Below, piece by piece: positions 51,785-61,106 of a DNA stretch of 64,000 bases (position 1 is its first letter; every line of letters starts with the position of its first letter). Location: positions 246,479 through 310,478 of the IMG/VR virus record IMGVR_UViG_3300021400_000025, one strand, 5' to 3'. Source of the DNA: a virus. Lineage: Duplodnaviria > Heunggongvirae > Uroviricota > Caudoviricetes. Both the position numbers and the translations under genes were made by a program. A model generated the notes under the pieces. That model saw only the letters and a program-made list of their open reading frames with translations, did not search any database and was not told the DNA's origin.

Positions 51785-54322
51785 TCATGCCACCATGCTT
51801 CCCCCACTGGTGTCCACCTTGTCCACCATGTTCACATAGCTTTCCACTGGGGATGGCTTGTTCCCAGATGGCTTTGCGATTCTCTCGACGACCTTGCCGA
51901 ATCCACCCAACGCCTGACCACCCATGTTCGCCACTGTCCCAACAAGTCCACCAACTGCGCCAAGCGAGGACGATATTCCAGACGATGCTGTGTTGATGGC
52001 AGACGCAAGAAGCCCAGACTGCCTTACTTGGTTGGTGGCTTGCGTCATCTGGCGCGCAGCCCCAGACAATGTGTTCAACGATGTGGATGCCACATTGGAA
52101 ATCTTGTTCATCGCACCACCCATCACATTTCCAGCTTGCCCCACCATGTTCCCCATGGCCGAGAAGGAAGCACCCAAGGCGTTGTTCAGAACGCCACCCA
52201 CCAATGATGTGGATTTCTATGCCACATTGGAAACTGAATTCAGTGCGGAAGACGCCAAGCCACCAGTTGCCTGCAGTGCACTGCCAGCGACATTCGCCGC
52301 AGATTGGACAACGCCAAACGCAGTGTTCGTCGCAGACGACGCCAAGCTGCCAAGCGCAGACCCCATTGAGGAGAACAGACTGCCTATGCCACTTCCTCCT
52401 CCTCCTCCACCACCTTCATTCCCTCCAGATGATGTTCCACCAGATGCGCCACTTCCAGACGATGAAGTTGCAGATGAACCACCAAGCATGTTGGACAATC
52501 CCCCAAGCACACTGGATGCCGCCCCACTGACTGCGCCAAGGGCAGAAGATGCAATGCTTCCAGAAGTGTCAAGTGCAGCGCCCAACGTGGATGCTGCTAG
52601 AGACGCCGCAGGGCCGACAACATTCTGCCCCACCGACTGCGCAGCCCCCAATGCAGTGGACGCAAGACCACTTGCAGCGTCAAGGGTGGACGAAGCAACA
52701 TCCCCAGCAACACCAAGGGCAGAAGAAGCCAGACCAGAAGTCGCGTTCGCCACATCAACGGCAGCACCCAAGGCAGATCCAGCCACATCAGACGCCAACC
52801 CCATTCCAGCGTCCATTCCATCGGCAACCCATCCCATTGCCGTGTCTGCTGCGGACGCAATTCCTGACCCAACTTCACCCATTGTATCCATCACAGAGTC
52901 AAAGAACCCCTTCTCCTCATCATCTTCTCCTTCATATCCATCCTCATCGCCCATGTAGTCTTCATCATGCTCGTTGCAATAATCGTCCATGTCTTGGTTG
53001 GAATAATCCTCATCGTCATAGTTGTCAGAACCTTCACCTTCATCTGGAGAATCCTGATAATCATCGAAATCCTCGTCATAGTCCTCTGGAGGTTCATCCC
53101 CATAGTCCTCACTGTCCATGTTCTCGGCTTCATGCTCCATGAGAAGATAATCATCCTCTGGATCATCCCCTGGCATCTCATCATCCCCCAATTCATCAGA
53201 CAAGAAGAAATAGTCCTCTTCATCTTCGTCCGAGTCATAGTCCTCGTCATAGTCCTCCCCTGGCATGTCCCCTTGCTCCTGTTGCGCCATCTCGTTCTCC
53301 AATTCCTCAAGTTCCCTCAGAAGATTTTCATACAGTTCCTGATCCGCTTGCTCCTCTGGGGTGGGTTCATCTGGATTCTCAGGCTCTTGTTGTTCCTCTT
53401 GGCGTTCATCCTCCTCTGGAGGAGTTGGTTGGGGCATGGGCGCGAACAAGAAGGATTTTCGATTGCCCAAGTTCTCAGATGTGGATTTCAAGATGTGCGC
53501 ATCTGAAGTCAGGTCAACCAAGCACATGTCGGCAACCAATGTCAAGCTCCTGAGGATTGTCGTGGGGCCTGCGCCGTTAATGGGAAACGAGTTGTATGAT
53601 GTCGGCTTCACACCCAGGAACTTGTAGGAATAGTATGTATATTCAGCGTCCAGTCTGGACTCCTTCGTCTTCCCTCTGGACGTATATCTCATCCTCGGCC
53701 TCTATACCTCCAGTGTCGCCATTGGATATGGTGTCGCCCACTCAGTGAATGCCTTGTCTGGACGATACCACCAGGGGGAGTTGATGTCCTTCATCCACGG
53801 ATAGAAGATTGCATCCAGAATTGAATACTCGGTGTCAATCATCTAAAGGGTTATGTTGTTGGAGCCGTCCGAAGCATAGGGCGAGAAGGAACCTGCAGTG
53901 GTCTCTCCGAACAGGGTCTTGATCTTCGTGCCATTCGCCGGTTTAATCTCAGGAAGCTGTCCTTCACGCACAAACGGAGTCAAATCCAAGCACCTTTCAT
54001 CCAAGGAGGTGTCCTTCACCCCAGATTGAATGCCACCTTCCTCCCCCCAATAGTTGTAGTTCACAGAATGGAAGTCCACATAAGCCTTTGACAACTGTGG
54101 CTTGTATTCCTCGTCTATATATGGACACTTGATCAACGATCCCATGCTGTCGTGGAACCACAAGAAGACATAGTATTCAGGATCAGTTATGATTGTGTAG
54201 CTGGGCTTCCCCGGCTAATGGAACTTGTCCAAGAACTTGCGAAGACCATCATGGGCATCATCTCCCATGGGGTCTTGAAACGGGTTCAAGGTCATTCTTG
54301 CATTGTTGAATTCCTTTTCCAT
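51785..54322 (-). CDS. 845-aa protein: tail-tube-fold-like (gp54/gp19-like) N-domain, acidic tract, G/S/A-rich repeats; four in-frame TAG
   Basis: ORFs 53843-54163, 52217-53692 and 51785-52204 share a frame and join through TAG at 54215, 53843, 53702 and 52217. Motifs SILDAIFYPWM and YKFLGVKPTSY. Start could be 54295. Confidence 0.7.
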
Positions 54323-54369
54323 CTGAAATACCAATCTAAATCGTTATTGGTATTTACCATTTCGTGATG

Positions 54370-54417
54370 TCAAAGACTTTTGGACTCAAAGGCTTTTGGA
54401 CTCAAAGGCTTTTGGAT
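54370..54417. repeat. three tandem copies of a 16-bp unit (TCAAAGGCTTTTGGAC)
   Basis: Units at 54370-54385, 54386-54401 and 54402-54417; the third contains the stop codon of the DUF5698-like gene. Confidence 0.8.
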
Positions 54418-54896
54418 TCAACCACCACATACTTCGCGTTGAAGGTCTTGAGCAGGTCGCGGATGTTGCTGGACTCCTCCTTGGAGTTGGAGTAGATGTG
54501 GAACACATGGGAGCCAGAGTTGGAAATGGGCATCTCGGAGAACTTGATTTCATGTTCGTTCAGATAGTCAGTCGCATACTTGAGATTCTTCTCGTAAATC
54601 ACGACATCCACCATCCACAACTTGTCCTTCCTGACCTTCATCTCAAGCCACTTGACGAAATAGGTTCCGACGAAATTGGCAATCGCGGTCACAGTTGCCT
54701 TAATCCAAAGGGGAAGGTCGCAGACTGTATATACTATTACAAGGACGTAGAAGCCAAATGCGATTGCAGATATGAACGATGACCAGAACAATCCACCCTT
54801 CACGGTTATGATTGTCCTTGCAGTGTTCAATATGACGTTGATTATTGTCAACACAACAAACAACGCCAGCAAAGCCATGTCCATTTCTTCCATCAT
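54402..54896 (-). CDS. UPF0316/DUF5698-DUF2179-like membrane protein
   Basis: NVILNTARTIITVKG...SAIAFGFY...ANFVGTY, followed by a small soluble domain. Confidence 0.7.
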   Translation of the reverse strand: MMEEMDMALLALFVVLTIINVILNTARTIITVKGGLFWSSFISAIAFGFYVLVIVYTVCDLPLWIKATVTAIANFVGTYFVKWLEMKVRKDKLWMVDVVIYEKNLKYATDYLNEHEIKFSEMPISNSGSHVFHIYSNSKEESSNIRDLLKTFNAKYVVVESKSL

Positions 54897-54926
54897 TCCA
54901 CTTCTCCTTCATTTTGATACATTATC

Positions 54927-54955
54927 AGTATACCACAAATGGAGGGAAATGTCAA
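54927..54955 (-). promoter_or_regulatory. sigma70-type promoter
   Basis: TTGACA-17 bp-TATACT with TGTGG. Confidence 0.8.
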
Positions 54956-54965
54956 GGGGATGCAA

Positions 54966-54991
54966 ATGGCTGCCTGAAATCAGGCAGCCAT
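54966..54991. terminator. intergenic hairpin, likely terminator
   Basis: ATGGCTGCCTG-aaat-CAGGCAGCCAT perfect stem. Confidence 0.6.
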
Positions 54992-55007
54992 CTTGTCATG
55001 TCAACAG

Positions 55008-55274
55008 TCAAAGGCTCTTTTTGAGAGAGAAAGCATTATCTCTTTCTATATCTTCATTCATATAATCTTCTATGAATACACAAAGATCGTCTGAGGTGGC
55101 GAAGAATTCATCGGGGTCTATGACATAGTTCCCTGTCAACTCATAGATCTTGTTATTGAACTTCTCAATCGTGGCAGTGGCATTAATGACATCTGCACCA
55201 TCCTTCATGCACAGTTCCTTAACTGCATCTCCTGCTGATTCGTTGAACTTCTTCGTTATGTTAAGTTTCTTCAT
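55008..55274 (-). CDS. small acidic hypothetical protein
   Basis: MKKLNITKKFNESAG... with RBS AGAGG. Confidence 0.6.
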   Translation of the reverse strand: MKKLNITKKFNESAGDAVKELCMKDGADVINATATIEKFNNKIYELTGNYVIDPDEFFATSDDLCVFIEDYMNEDIERDNAFSLKKSL

Positions 55275-55290
55275 TGTCTTTTACCTCTTA

Positions 55291-57129
55291 TCAATAGTTG
55301 TCTTCCTTGCGCTTGATTTCAAGGTTCTGGCTCCATGCTTCAGGGTCACATCCGAAGGTATCAAGCATGGACTCAAAGTCATAGGCGAATGCATCGTTGA
55401 TGTTCGTCAGATTCCTGAGTTCCATTTCCTCAAGCATCTGCATTACATAATCTTCGCTCACAACGCCAGAACGCAGAAGTTCCTCAAGGTTCTCCTTACC
55501 CTGTCCCCAAAGCATCTCGGACAACTTCCAAGGGTCATCAACCTCCTGCTCAATCGTCATCTCGCAAACTGGCTTCTTGTTCTCTTCTCCAGTCACGAGC
55601 GTCTTGTTCTCGCCATCCTGGTTGAAGGTCTTGTCCTTGGATTTCACTTCATCTGGCTTCTGCTCTTCAGTTCCCTCTGCCATGCCAATGCCCTGCTTCC
55701 ACTCCTTGCCATCCCATTCCATGTTGGGCTTGCCAAGCAGTTCCTCGGGAGCATGTCCAGGATAGCACTCATTCTCCCCAGCAAAACCATCGTCCACGAT
55801 GTAGCCACCGTCAGTCAACTCGCGCACAACCTCATTGGACAGAGAACCGTTGTGATGTCTCCATGTGATTTCATCCCCAACATTGAATTTCTGGTCTGAC
55901 TCAAGTTCCACGGAAGTTGGCTTGTCTGAATCCACGAACTCGCCAGTCTCCTTGAACTTTTCCACATCAAGTCCAAGTTCAGACACAATCTCGTCAAAGG
56001 AGTCGTTCATGTATGCGTTGAGTTCACCTTTTCCTATGCCATCGGGATAGCAACTGTCAATCGCATCCATTATCTCAGCCTCTGTGCGGACATGGGAGTT
56101 GATGAGGTCAGTGAGGTTCTTGTTCGCCTTTTCGTCAGACAGCAAATCAAGCACCGTCCAGACATCATGCGCGTCAACCATAATCTTGGCTTCGTTCATC
56201 AATTTTTCTGGTCTCAACTCGGAACCGCGTATGTTCATGACAGAAGATTTACCTCTGGATATGATGTACAAGTCATCTCCACTTGGATGTTTTCCAGGCG
56301 TAACATCTTCAATTGTCCAGCCATCAGAAGGATAGCCTTTATCTGGCTCAATCCAGTTCACCTTGTCCCCAACCTTGAACTTTCCAGACCAATAGCCCTT
56401 CTTCTCAAGGTCGTCCACATCGTCCATCGCTTTCCAGAACTCCTCGCCATTATCTGATTCACCAAACTCCTCTCCAACATAATCGTCAATGGAAACCCAT
56501 TCATCTGAATCTCCACCAATTCTTTCGTCAATTTTCTTGAATTTCATAGTATTGTTTTCCTCGTTAAATGTTGTTTCGCAATATGGGTTGATGAAGTTCA
56601 CCACAGCCTTCACCTTGTTGGCAACTTCGCCAATGTGCTGGATTGCGAACTCCATGTCGGCAAGCATCTTGTCCTCGTCGTCCTTTGTTGCCTGCTGATA
56701 GCCCAAATCCTCATCGTCGGATTCTTCCATCACAGGCTCTTCCTCGTCAGTTGCCTCAGCATCCCCAGCCCTCATTATCTCGGCCATCAAGTCGTCAATC
56801 TTCTGGTCGAATTCAGGAACCCTCTCCTTCGGAATCTTCTCGCAATTGCCCAAAACCTCAAAGAACGCCCTCCACCAATTGTAGAGCTTCTTCGTCACGT
56901 CCTCGTTATTGTCGTCCGACTTGCAAAGAACCTTGTTGAACACCTCTGTTGGTGGAACCTGCATCGTCTCGCCCAACGAGTTGAGCGCATCAACCAACTT
57001 GAGTTGGAAATCCCTTGGCGTGTCCTCCAATGCGTCAAACATCTGGGAATACTCAAGGGAATTGTCCAGTGTCTTCAACTGGATTATGTCCTTGATTGAA
57101 CCATCAATCGTCTCTGAAATTTGCTTCAT
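55291..57129 (-). CDS. 612-aa acidic multi-domain protein, possibly internal head protein
   Basis: D/E-rich, two F.VGD.(V/I).W SH3-like modules, repeated xES/NE motifs; GTAAATA upstream. Confidence 0.75.
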   Translation of the reverse strand: MKQISETIDGSIKDIIQLKTLDNSLEYSQMFDALEDTPRDFQLKLVDALNSLGETMQVPPTEVFNKVLCKSDDNNEDVTKKLYNWWRAFFEVLGNCEKIPKERVPEFDQKIDDLMAEIMRAGDAEATDEEEPVMEESDDEDLGYQQATKDDEDKMLADMEFAIQHIGEVANKVKAVVNFINPYCETTFNEENNTMKFKKIDERIGGDSDEWVSIDDYVGEEFGESDNGEEFWKAMDDVDDLEKKGYWSGKFKVGDKVNWIEPDKGYPSDGWTIEDVTPGKHPSGDDLYIISRGKSSVMNIRGSELRPEKLMNEAKIMVDAHDVWTVLDLLSDEKANKNLTDLINSHVRTEAEIMDAIDSCYPDGIGKGELNAYMNDSFDEIVSELGLDVEKFKETGEFVDSDKPTSVELESDQKFNVGDEITWRHHNGSLSNEVVRELTDGGYIVDDGFAGENECYPGHAPEELLGKPNMEWDGKEWKQGIGMAEGTEEQKPDEVKSKDKTFNQDGENKTLVTGEENKKPVCEMTIEQEVDDPWKLSEMLWGQGKENLEELLRSGVVSEDYVMQMLEEMELRNLTNINDAFAYDFESMLDTFGCDPEAWSQNLEIKRKEDNY

Positions 57130-57181
57130 GATGAAATAATGCCTTTGTTGTACTATTTACAATCTTTTAATTGAAATCCTT

Positions 57182-57682
57182 TCATGGAGTGAACTGACTT
57201 CTTTTGGTTTCCATGAACCCGTGAATGAAGTCCATGAACAAAGGCGTGATGTTTGTCGTCCCATCTTTGGATTCCTCAACGTAGATTACGATATCGTAGA
57301 ACATTTTTGATCCCACGAACTCCACCCCACGGATGCTGTTTCCAAAACTCAAGTCAAAGAGGCTGGAAACAATGTCCTCTGTTTTGACCAGATATGGCGT
57401 GTCCCCAGGATTGATCTGGGTTCTGGTTGTGGTTATCATCCCACTCCACTTGTAAATCAAAATGGTGCCGAACTTCATCTTCGTTCTCTTCGCCATCTTT
57501 GTGAAATCCGCAACAAGTTCTTCGTCAGTTGGAAGTCTTTTCAATCCTGTAAGGAACTTCCACTCCTTGAACGAGAGGTATTCACCATTTACCCACAGCG
57601 CAGGAACCCCATGTATGGGAAATTCCTTGCAGAACCCATGGTTGGGCTTGAACAAACCAAATATGAAATCAAGCAGTTTCAT
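57182..57682 (-). CDS. LFDxS...TNITP family protein, copy 1
   Basis: SLFDLSFGNSI...DGTTNITPLFMDFI. Confidence 0.65.
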   Translation of the reverse strand: MKLLDFIFGLFKPNHGFCKEFPIHGVPALWVNGEYLSFKEWKFLTGLKRLPTDEELVADFTKMAKRTKMKFGTILIYKWSGMITTTRTQINPGDTPYLVKTEDIVSSLFDLSFGNSIRGVEFVGSKMFYDIVIYVEESKDGTTNITPLFMDFIHGFMETKRSQFTP

Positions 57683-58040
57683 GTTCTTCTTCTTCCAGCT
57701 TCTCGCCAAATCTCTTGATTGCGTCCATGAATTCTGGCGTGATGTTGGTGCTTCCATTCTCGGATTCAGACACGATGAACATGTACCCTCTGAGCGGCCT
57801 CATTTCAGATGTGTAGCTGTATCTGGCTCTGTACGCCACATCAATCGTCTTGCCAAGGGAAATGTCAAAGAGAAACGTGACAAGCCCCTCCATGTCAGCT
57901 GGAATCCTGAACTGCCTCCATGGTCCTTCATCTGGCATCTGAAAGTCAAAATCCACGGTTGGAAGGAGCTTTGAGCCATTCTTCATGTCTCGTTCCAGCA
58001 CCTTTTCCAAACCTCGCCTTATGTTCAACTTTTCCAGCAT
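57669..58040 (-). CDS. LFDxS...TNITP family protein, copy 2
   Basis: FLFDISLGKTI...NGSTNITPEFMDAI. Confidence 0.7.
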   Translation of the reverse strand: MLEKLNIRRGLEKVLERDMKNGSKLLPTVDFDFQMPDEGPWRQFRIPADMEGLVTFLFDISLGKTIDVAYRARYSYTSEMRPLRGYMFIVSESENGSTNITPEFMDAIKRFGEKLEEEEHETA

Positions 58041-58061
58041 ATGTCAACCATTCTCCCTCTC

Positions 58062-58544
58062 TCAATCTTCATTCTCAAACTGCTCCCAAGGATTGTAGTG
58101 TGTCACCGGAGCGAAATTAGATTCTCCCCAGATAGATGGACTGTACTGAGAAACCCACCCTTCCCGAAAGGGCTTCTTCAGATAGTCAAGGGCAAAAGGA
58201 TTGACAAGCACCTGGAAGAAGTCAATCAACTTTGGGGTTATGTTGGTCTGACCATCCCTTGACGGAACAACAGACATGTCAAATGCGCCATACTCCCTAC
58301 GCCACGGCATGGTGGGAAACACATAACTTATCTTGCTCGTAAGGGACAAGTCAAACAACTTCACCACCATGTCGTCCACATTGTTCTGCGCATACTTGAA
58401 CACTTTTAGTGGATCAAACCCTTCATTCCTGTCAAGTTTGCTCACGCTGAAGAACAGAATAAGCGACGATGCAATCCTGTCATGGGCAAACAGGTTCTTC
58501 ACAAAGGCTATTATGTCCTTGTCCGTGTCAAACTTGTTGTTCAT
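58062..58544 (-). CDS. LFDxS...TNITP family protein, copy 3
   Basis: KLFDLSLTSKI...DGQTNITPKLIDFF. Confidence 0.7.
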   Translation of the reverse strand: MNNKFDTDKDIIAFVKNLFAHDRIASSLILFFSVSKLDRNEGFDPLKVFKYAQNNVDDMVVKLFDLSLTSKISYVFPTMPWRREYGAFDMSVVPSRDGQTNITPKLIDFFQVLVNPFALDYLKKPFREGWVSQYSPSIWGESNFAPVTHYNPWEQFENED

Positions 58545-58947
58545 CTTTAACCTCCTTGTCTGTCAACCACCATCCCCATTTAGTCAGAAGACCACCAAAG
58601 TCAAACAACGATGCCAAAACTTCAATGAGTTCTGGGGTCAGGTTGCTTTCGTTCTCGTTCTTCCTGCATTTCATGACATGAAGCTCATATCCAACAACAG
58701 CATCGTCATATCCATTCACCGAAATCTCGCTAAACTTCCTGACCCGTTCAAATGCCAGTATCTTCTTTGAAAGCGACAAGTCGAACAAGAAGGAGACAAA
58801 CCCATCTGTGTCTGAAGTGAACCTGTGAATCTCATATGGTCCATAGTTGTCGCGCATGACTGCAACATCAATGAACAAGGGGACAGTCACGCAACCAATC
58901 CTCAAGTCGTCTTCAATCTGATCGATTATGTCCTGTGGGTCAAGCAT
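58528..58947 (-). CDS. LFDxS...TNITP family protein, copy 4
   Basis: FLFDLSLSKKI...NESNLTPELIEVL. Confidence 0.7.
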   Translation of the reverse strand: MLDPQDIIDQIEDDLRIGCVTVPLFIDVAVMRDNYGPYEIHRFTSDTDGFVSFLFDLSLSKKILAFERVRKFSEISVNGYDDAVVGYELHVMKCRKNENESNLTPELIEVLASLFDFGGLLTKWGWWLTDKEVKDEQQV

Positions 58948-59302
58948 GGTTTTCCTTCTTCATTTCATCGTTCCACTTTGAGATTGCATCCATGAACTCG
59001 GGAGTTATGTTCGTCTGGTGGTTGGTTGAAGTCACAAGGTGAAACTCATATGCCGTCAAGTAGGTTTGACCATTGAAGACCTGCGTATGACCGAAAGCAT
59101 GGTCTATTGCATGGGTCATGGAAATGTCAAAAAGAAACGGAACCAATTCGCAATAATGATCCGGCAGAAGGAAAGCATTTGAGGCAACTGTCCCTTCAGC
59201 GCACCTGAACTCAAAGCAGAGGAGTGAACCATGGAGCCTGCACTTCAAGTCATGCTTCAACTCCACCTCAACGCCATTGTCTATGTTCAACGTGTACATC
59301 AT
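58940..59302 (-). CDS. LFDxS...TNITP family protein, copy 5
   Basis: FLFDISMTHAI...NHQTNITPEFMDAI. Confidence 0.7.
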   Translation of the reverse strand: MMYTLNIDNGVEVELKHDLKCRLHGSLLCFEFRCAEGTVASNAFLLPDHYCELVPFLFDISMTHAIDHAFGHTQVFNGQTYLTAYEFHLVTSTNHQTNITPEFMDAISKWNDEMKKENHA

Positions 59303-59324
59303 GTTTCAAACACCGTGAGTTTCA

Positions 59325-59654
59325 TCAACCAGCTTTCAATGTACAACACTTGGACATGAAATCCACAAACTCTGGCGTGATGTTTGTGCAGCCATCCTTG
59401 GAATCCACCAAGTAGAAGTTGTATCCATACAATCCCCCATTACAGGACATTCTGTACTCGAATGCGTGGTCTATCGTCTTGGACATGGATATATCGAACA
59501 AATATCCCACCAAATCTTCCGTGTCAGATGGCAAGAAGAACTTCTTGTTGGGCATCCCACATCCACCAACCTCCACGACCAAATTGGTGGAACTTGGCTT
59601 GTCCGAGGCGACGAAAAGCTCACCAATCTTGTCTATGTCCAATGTGTGCATCAT
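59325..59654 (-). CDS. LFDxS...TNITP family protein, copy 6
   Basis: YLFDISMSKTI...DGCTNITPEFVDFM. Confidence 0.7.
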   Translation of the reverse strand: MMHTLDIDKIGELFVASDKPSSTNLVVEVGGCGMPNKKFFLPSDTEDLVGYLFDISMSKTIDHAFEYRMSCNGGLYGYNFYLVDSKDGCTNITPEFVDFMSKCCTLKAG

Positions 59655-59666
59655 TTTCCAAACACC

Positions 59667-59981
59667 TCAATCACGAACCAAATAATCCAGACACGCCTGA
59701 ATGAAATCGCAGTCAATGTTCGTTCTTCCATTAGAAGACCTGGAAATGTTTATGTAGATTGTGTCGGAGTTTGGCATGTCATCTATTCCATGAACCTTGT
59801 GCGTCAACGAAAGGTCGTGAAGTTTTTCCGCCATTTCTTCACGTTCATGGTCAGAATATGAATACACTTCACTGTCAGAATATGAATACGATTTACCTTG
59901 CCAGACATCAAGGTAAATGAGTCTGTTCAACCTCACAAGATGCTTGTCAAGCCATTTAACTTTTTTCGTGAAATTCTTCAT
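59667..59981 (-). CDS. LFDxS...TNITP family protein, copy 7 (divergent)
   Basis: KLHDLSLTHKV...NGRTNIDCDFIQAC. Confidence 0.6.
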   Translation of the reverse strand: MKNFTKKVKWLDKHLVRLNRLIYLDVWQGKSYSYSDSEVYSYSDHEREEMAEKLHDLSLTHKVHGIDDMPNSDTIYINISRSSNGRTNIDCDFIQACLDYLVRD

Positions 59982-60616
59982 GGTGCGTAGAGAATGGTCG
60001 GGTTGTCCTTCTTGATGTCAACTTCGCTCACAATTGGTGGATTCATCTGCGAGAGCGTTCGATTGAAGATTTCATGGTTGAATGGTCTGGTTATCAAATG
60101 GACGCCTGACTTGGTTGGGATGACAGCCACAATCTTCTCAACGTCAAATGGGGCGCATTTGGACAAGATTATGTCCTTGATTCCCTTCACAAGCTGAGAA
60201 TCAACCGTGGTGTTGTCAATGTCCACAATCCAGGTCTTGTTTCCCTTGCCAGGTTCAGGATAACGCCCAATCACAGAGTTGATTTCGTTGAAGGTGTTGC
60301 CAAACTCCTGATTGGTTCTGGCTTTCATCAAAGTCTCCTCTGCGAACGCCATTGACACCGTGCGGTAGTTGCGCTTGTTCAGACGAATGTAGGCGCGGGC
60401 TCCAGTCTCGTTGCAGATTGCGATAATCTCGTCCCTCAGCGAGTCCAACTTCAAAAGTGAAGTGATGTGGTAGTCCCTGACCAGACGCCGCTGGTTGTCT
60501 GAGCCATTGGGAACATCACAACCATCCTTCTTGCGTTGAAGCAGTTGAAGGAAGTAGAAGTCGCCATGCTTGTCAAATGTCAGAAGTGGCTTAATCAATT
60601 CAAAGTTGTCTACCAT
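59978..60616 (-). CDS. AEP/primase-polymerase-like protein
   Basis: MVDNFELIKPLL...FYFLQLLQRKKD...RAYIRLN...WIVDID (DxD)...IPTKSGVHLIT (GxH). Confidence 0.6.
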   Translation of the reverse strand: MVDNFELIKPLLTFDKHGDFYFLQLLQRKKDGCDVPNGSDNQRRLVRDYHITSLLKLDSLRDEIIAICNETGARAYIRLNKRNYRTVSMAFAEETLMKARTNQEFGNTFNEINSVIGRYPEPGKGNKTWIVDIDNTTVDSQLVKGIKDIILSKCAPFDVEKIVAVIPTKSGVHLITRPFNHEIFNRTLSQMNPPIVSEVDIKKDNPTILYAP

Positions 60617-60627
60617 TGGTTTTCTCC

Positions 60628-60849
60628 TTAATGATGATTGATGTGGTTGACATTGAGAGGATGCCACTTATGCACAGGGTTTACCATGTACTGCAGGACA
60701 TTGGACCTTCCAACATGCGTTTCATTGGTGGAATAATCTTTTGGATAGTCACCACAATTGCACAAACCATAACGATGACCAAGTTTGCAGATTCCAATAA
60801 TGATTGCAGAAAGAATTATGCCTGCAAGCCATGTTCCAATTGTCTTCAT
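60628..60849 (-). CDS. small membrane protein
   Basis: N-terminal TM; RBS AAGGAG. Confidence 0.55.
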   Translation of the reverse strand: MKTIGTWLAGIILSAIIIGICKLGHRYGLCNCGDYPKDYSTNETHVGRSNVLQYMVNPVHKWHPLNVNHINHH

Positions 60850-60872
60850 CTTGTTTCTTCTCCTTTGCCTAG

Positions 60873-60901
60873 ATTATACCAAATCTACTTGAGTTTGTCA
60901 A
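60873..60901 (-). promoter_or_regulatory. sigma70-type promoter
   Basis: TTGACA-17 bp-TATAAT. Confidence 0.7.
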
Positions 60902-61106
60902 GCACCTCTGCGAAATCTTCTGGATTGCACTTATCAACCTTCACAAAATGCCCATCTACGAAACCCTTGTATAGGATGTTATGCACGACATTGTCCCCCA
61001 GTACGAGCAGAAGTGAATATCTTTCGGTATGCGCGTCCTTCACCACATATGATGCTTTTCCATCTATGCGGACAATGACATCGCCTTTTCTGAACTCAGC
61101 TTTCAT
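60885..61106 (-). CDS. small beta-barrel-like protein (FxKxD family); ends in TAG
   Basis: FRKGDVIV...YVV...HFVKVD. Confidence 0.6.
   Translation of the reverse strand: MKAEFRKGDVIVRIDGKASYVVKDAHTERYSLLLVLGDNVVHNILYKGFVDGHFVKVDKCNPEDFAEVLDKLK

Noticed and set aside
54370-54417. Possible mini-CRISPR array
   Set aside because: The units are contiguous with no spacers and only 16 bp long. I saw no CRISPR array anywhere in the window.
5551-56698. Long plus-strand ORFs such as 5551-6555, 11885-12799, 21922-22965, 23109-24353, 26511-27494, 48912-50210 and 51924-52958
   Set aside because: They are antisense shadows of minus-strand genes, with no recognisable motifs and S/F/L-rich composition.
57182-59981. 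Diversity-generating retroelement or integron cassettes explaining the paralog array
   Set aside because: No reverse transcriptase, integrase, near-identical nucleotide repeats or attC-like sites are visible. Similarity is at protein-motif level only.
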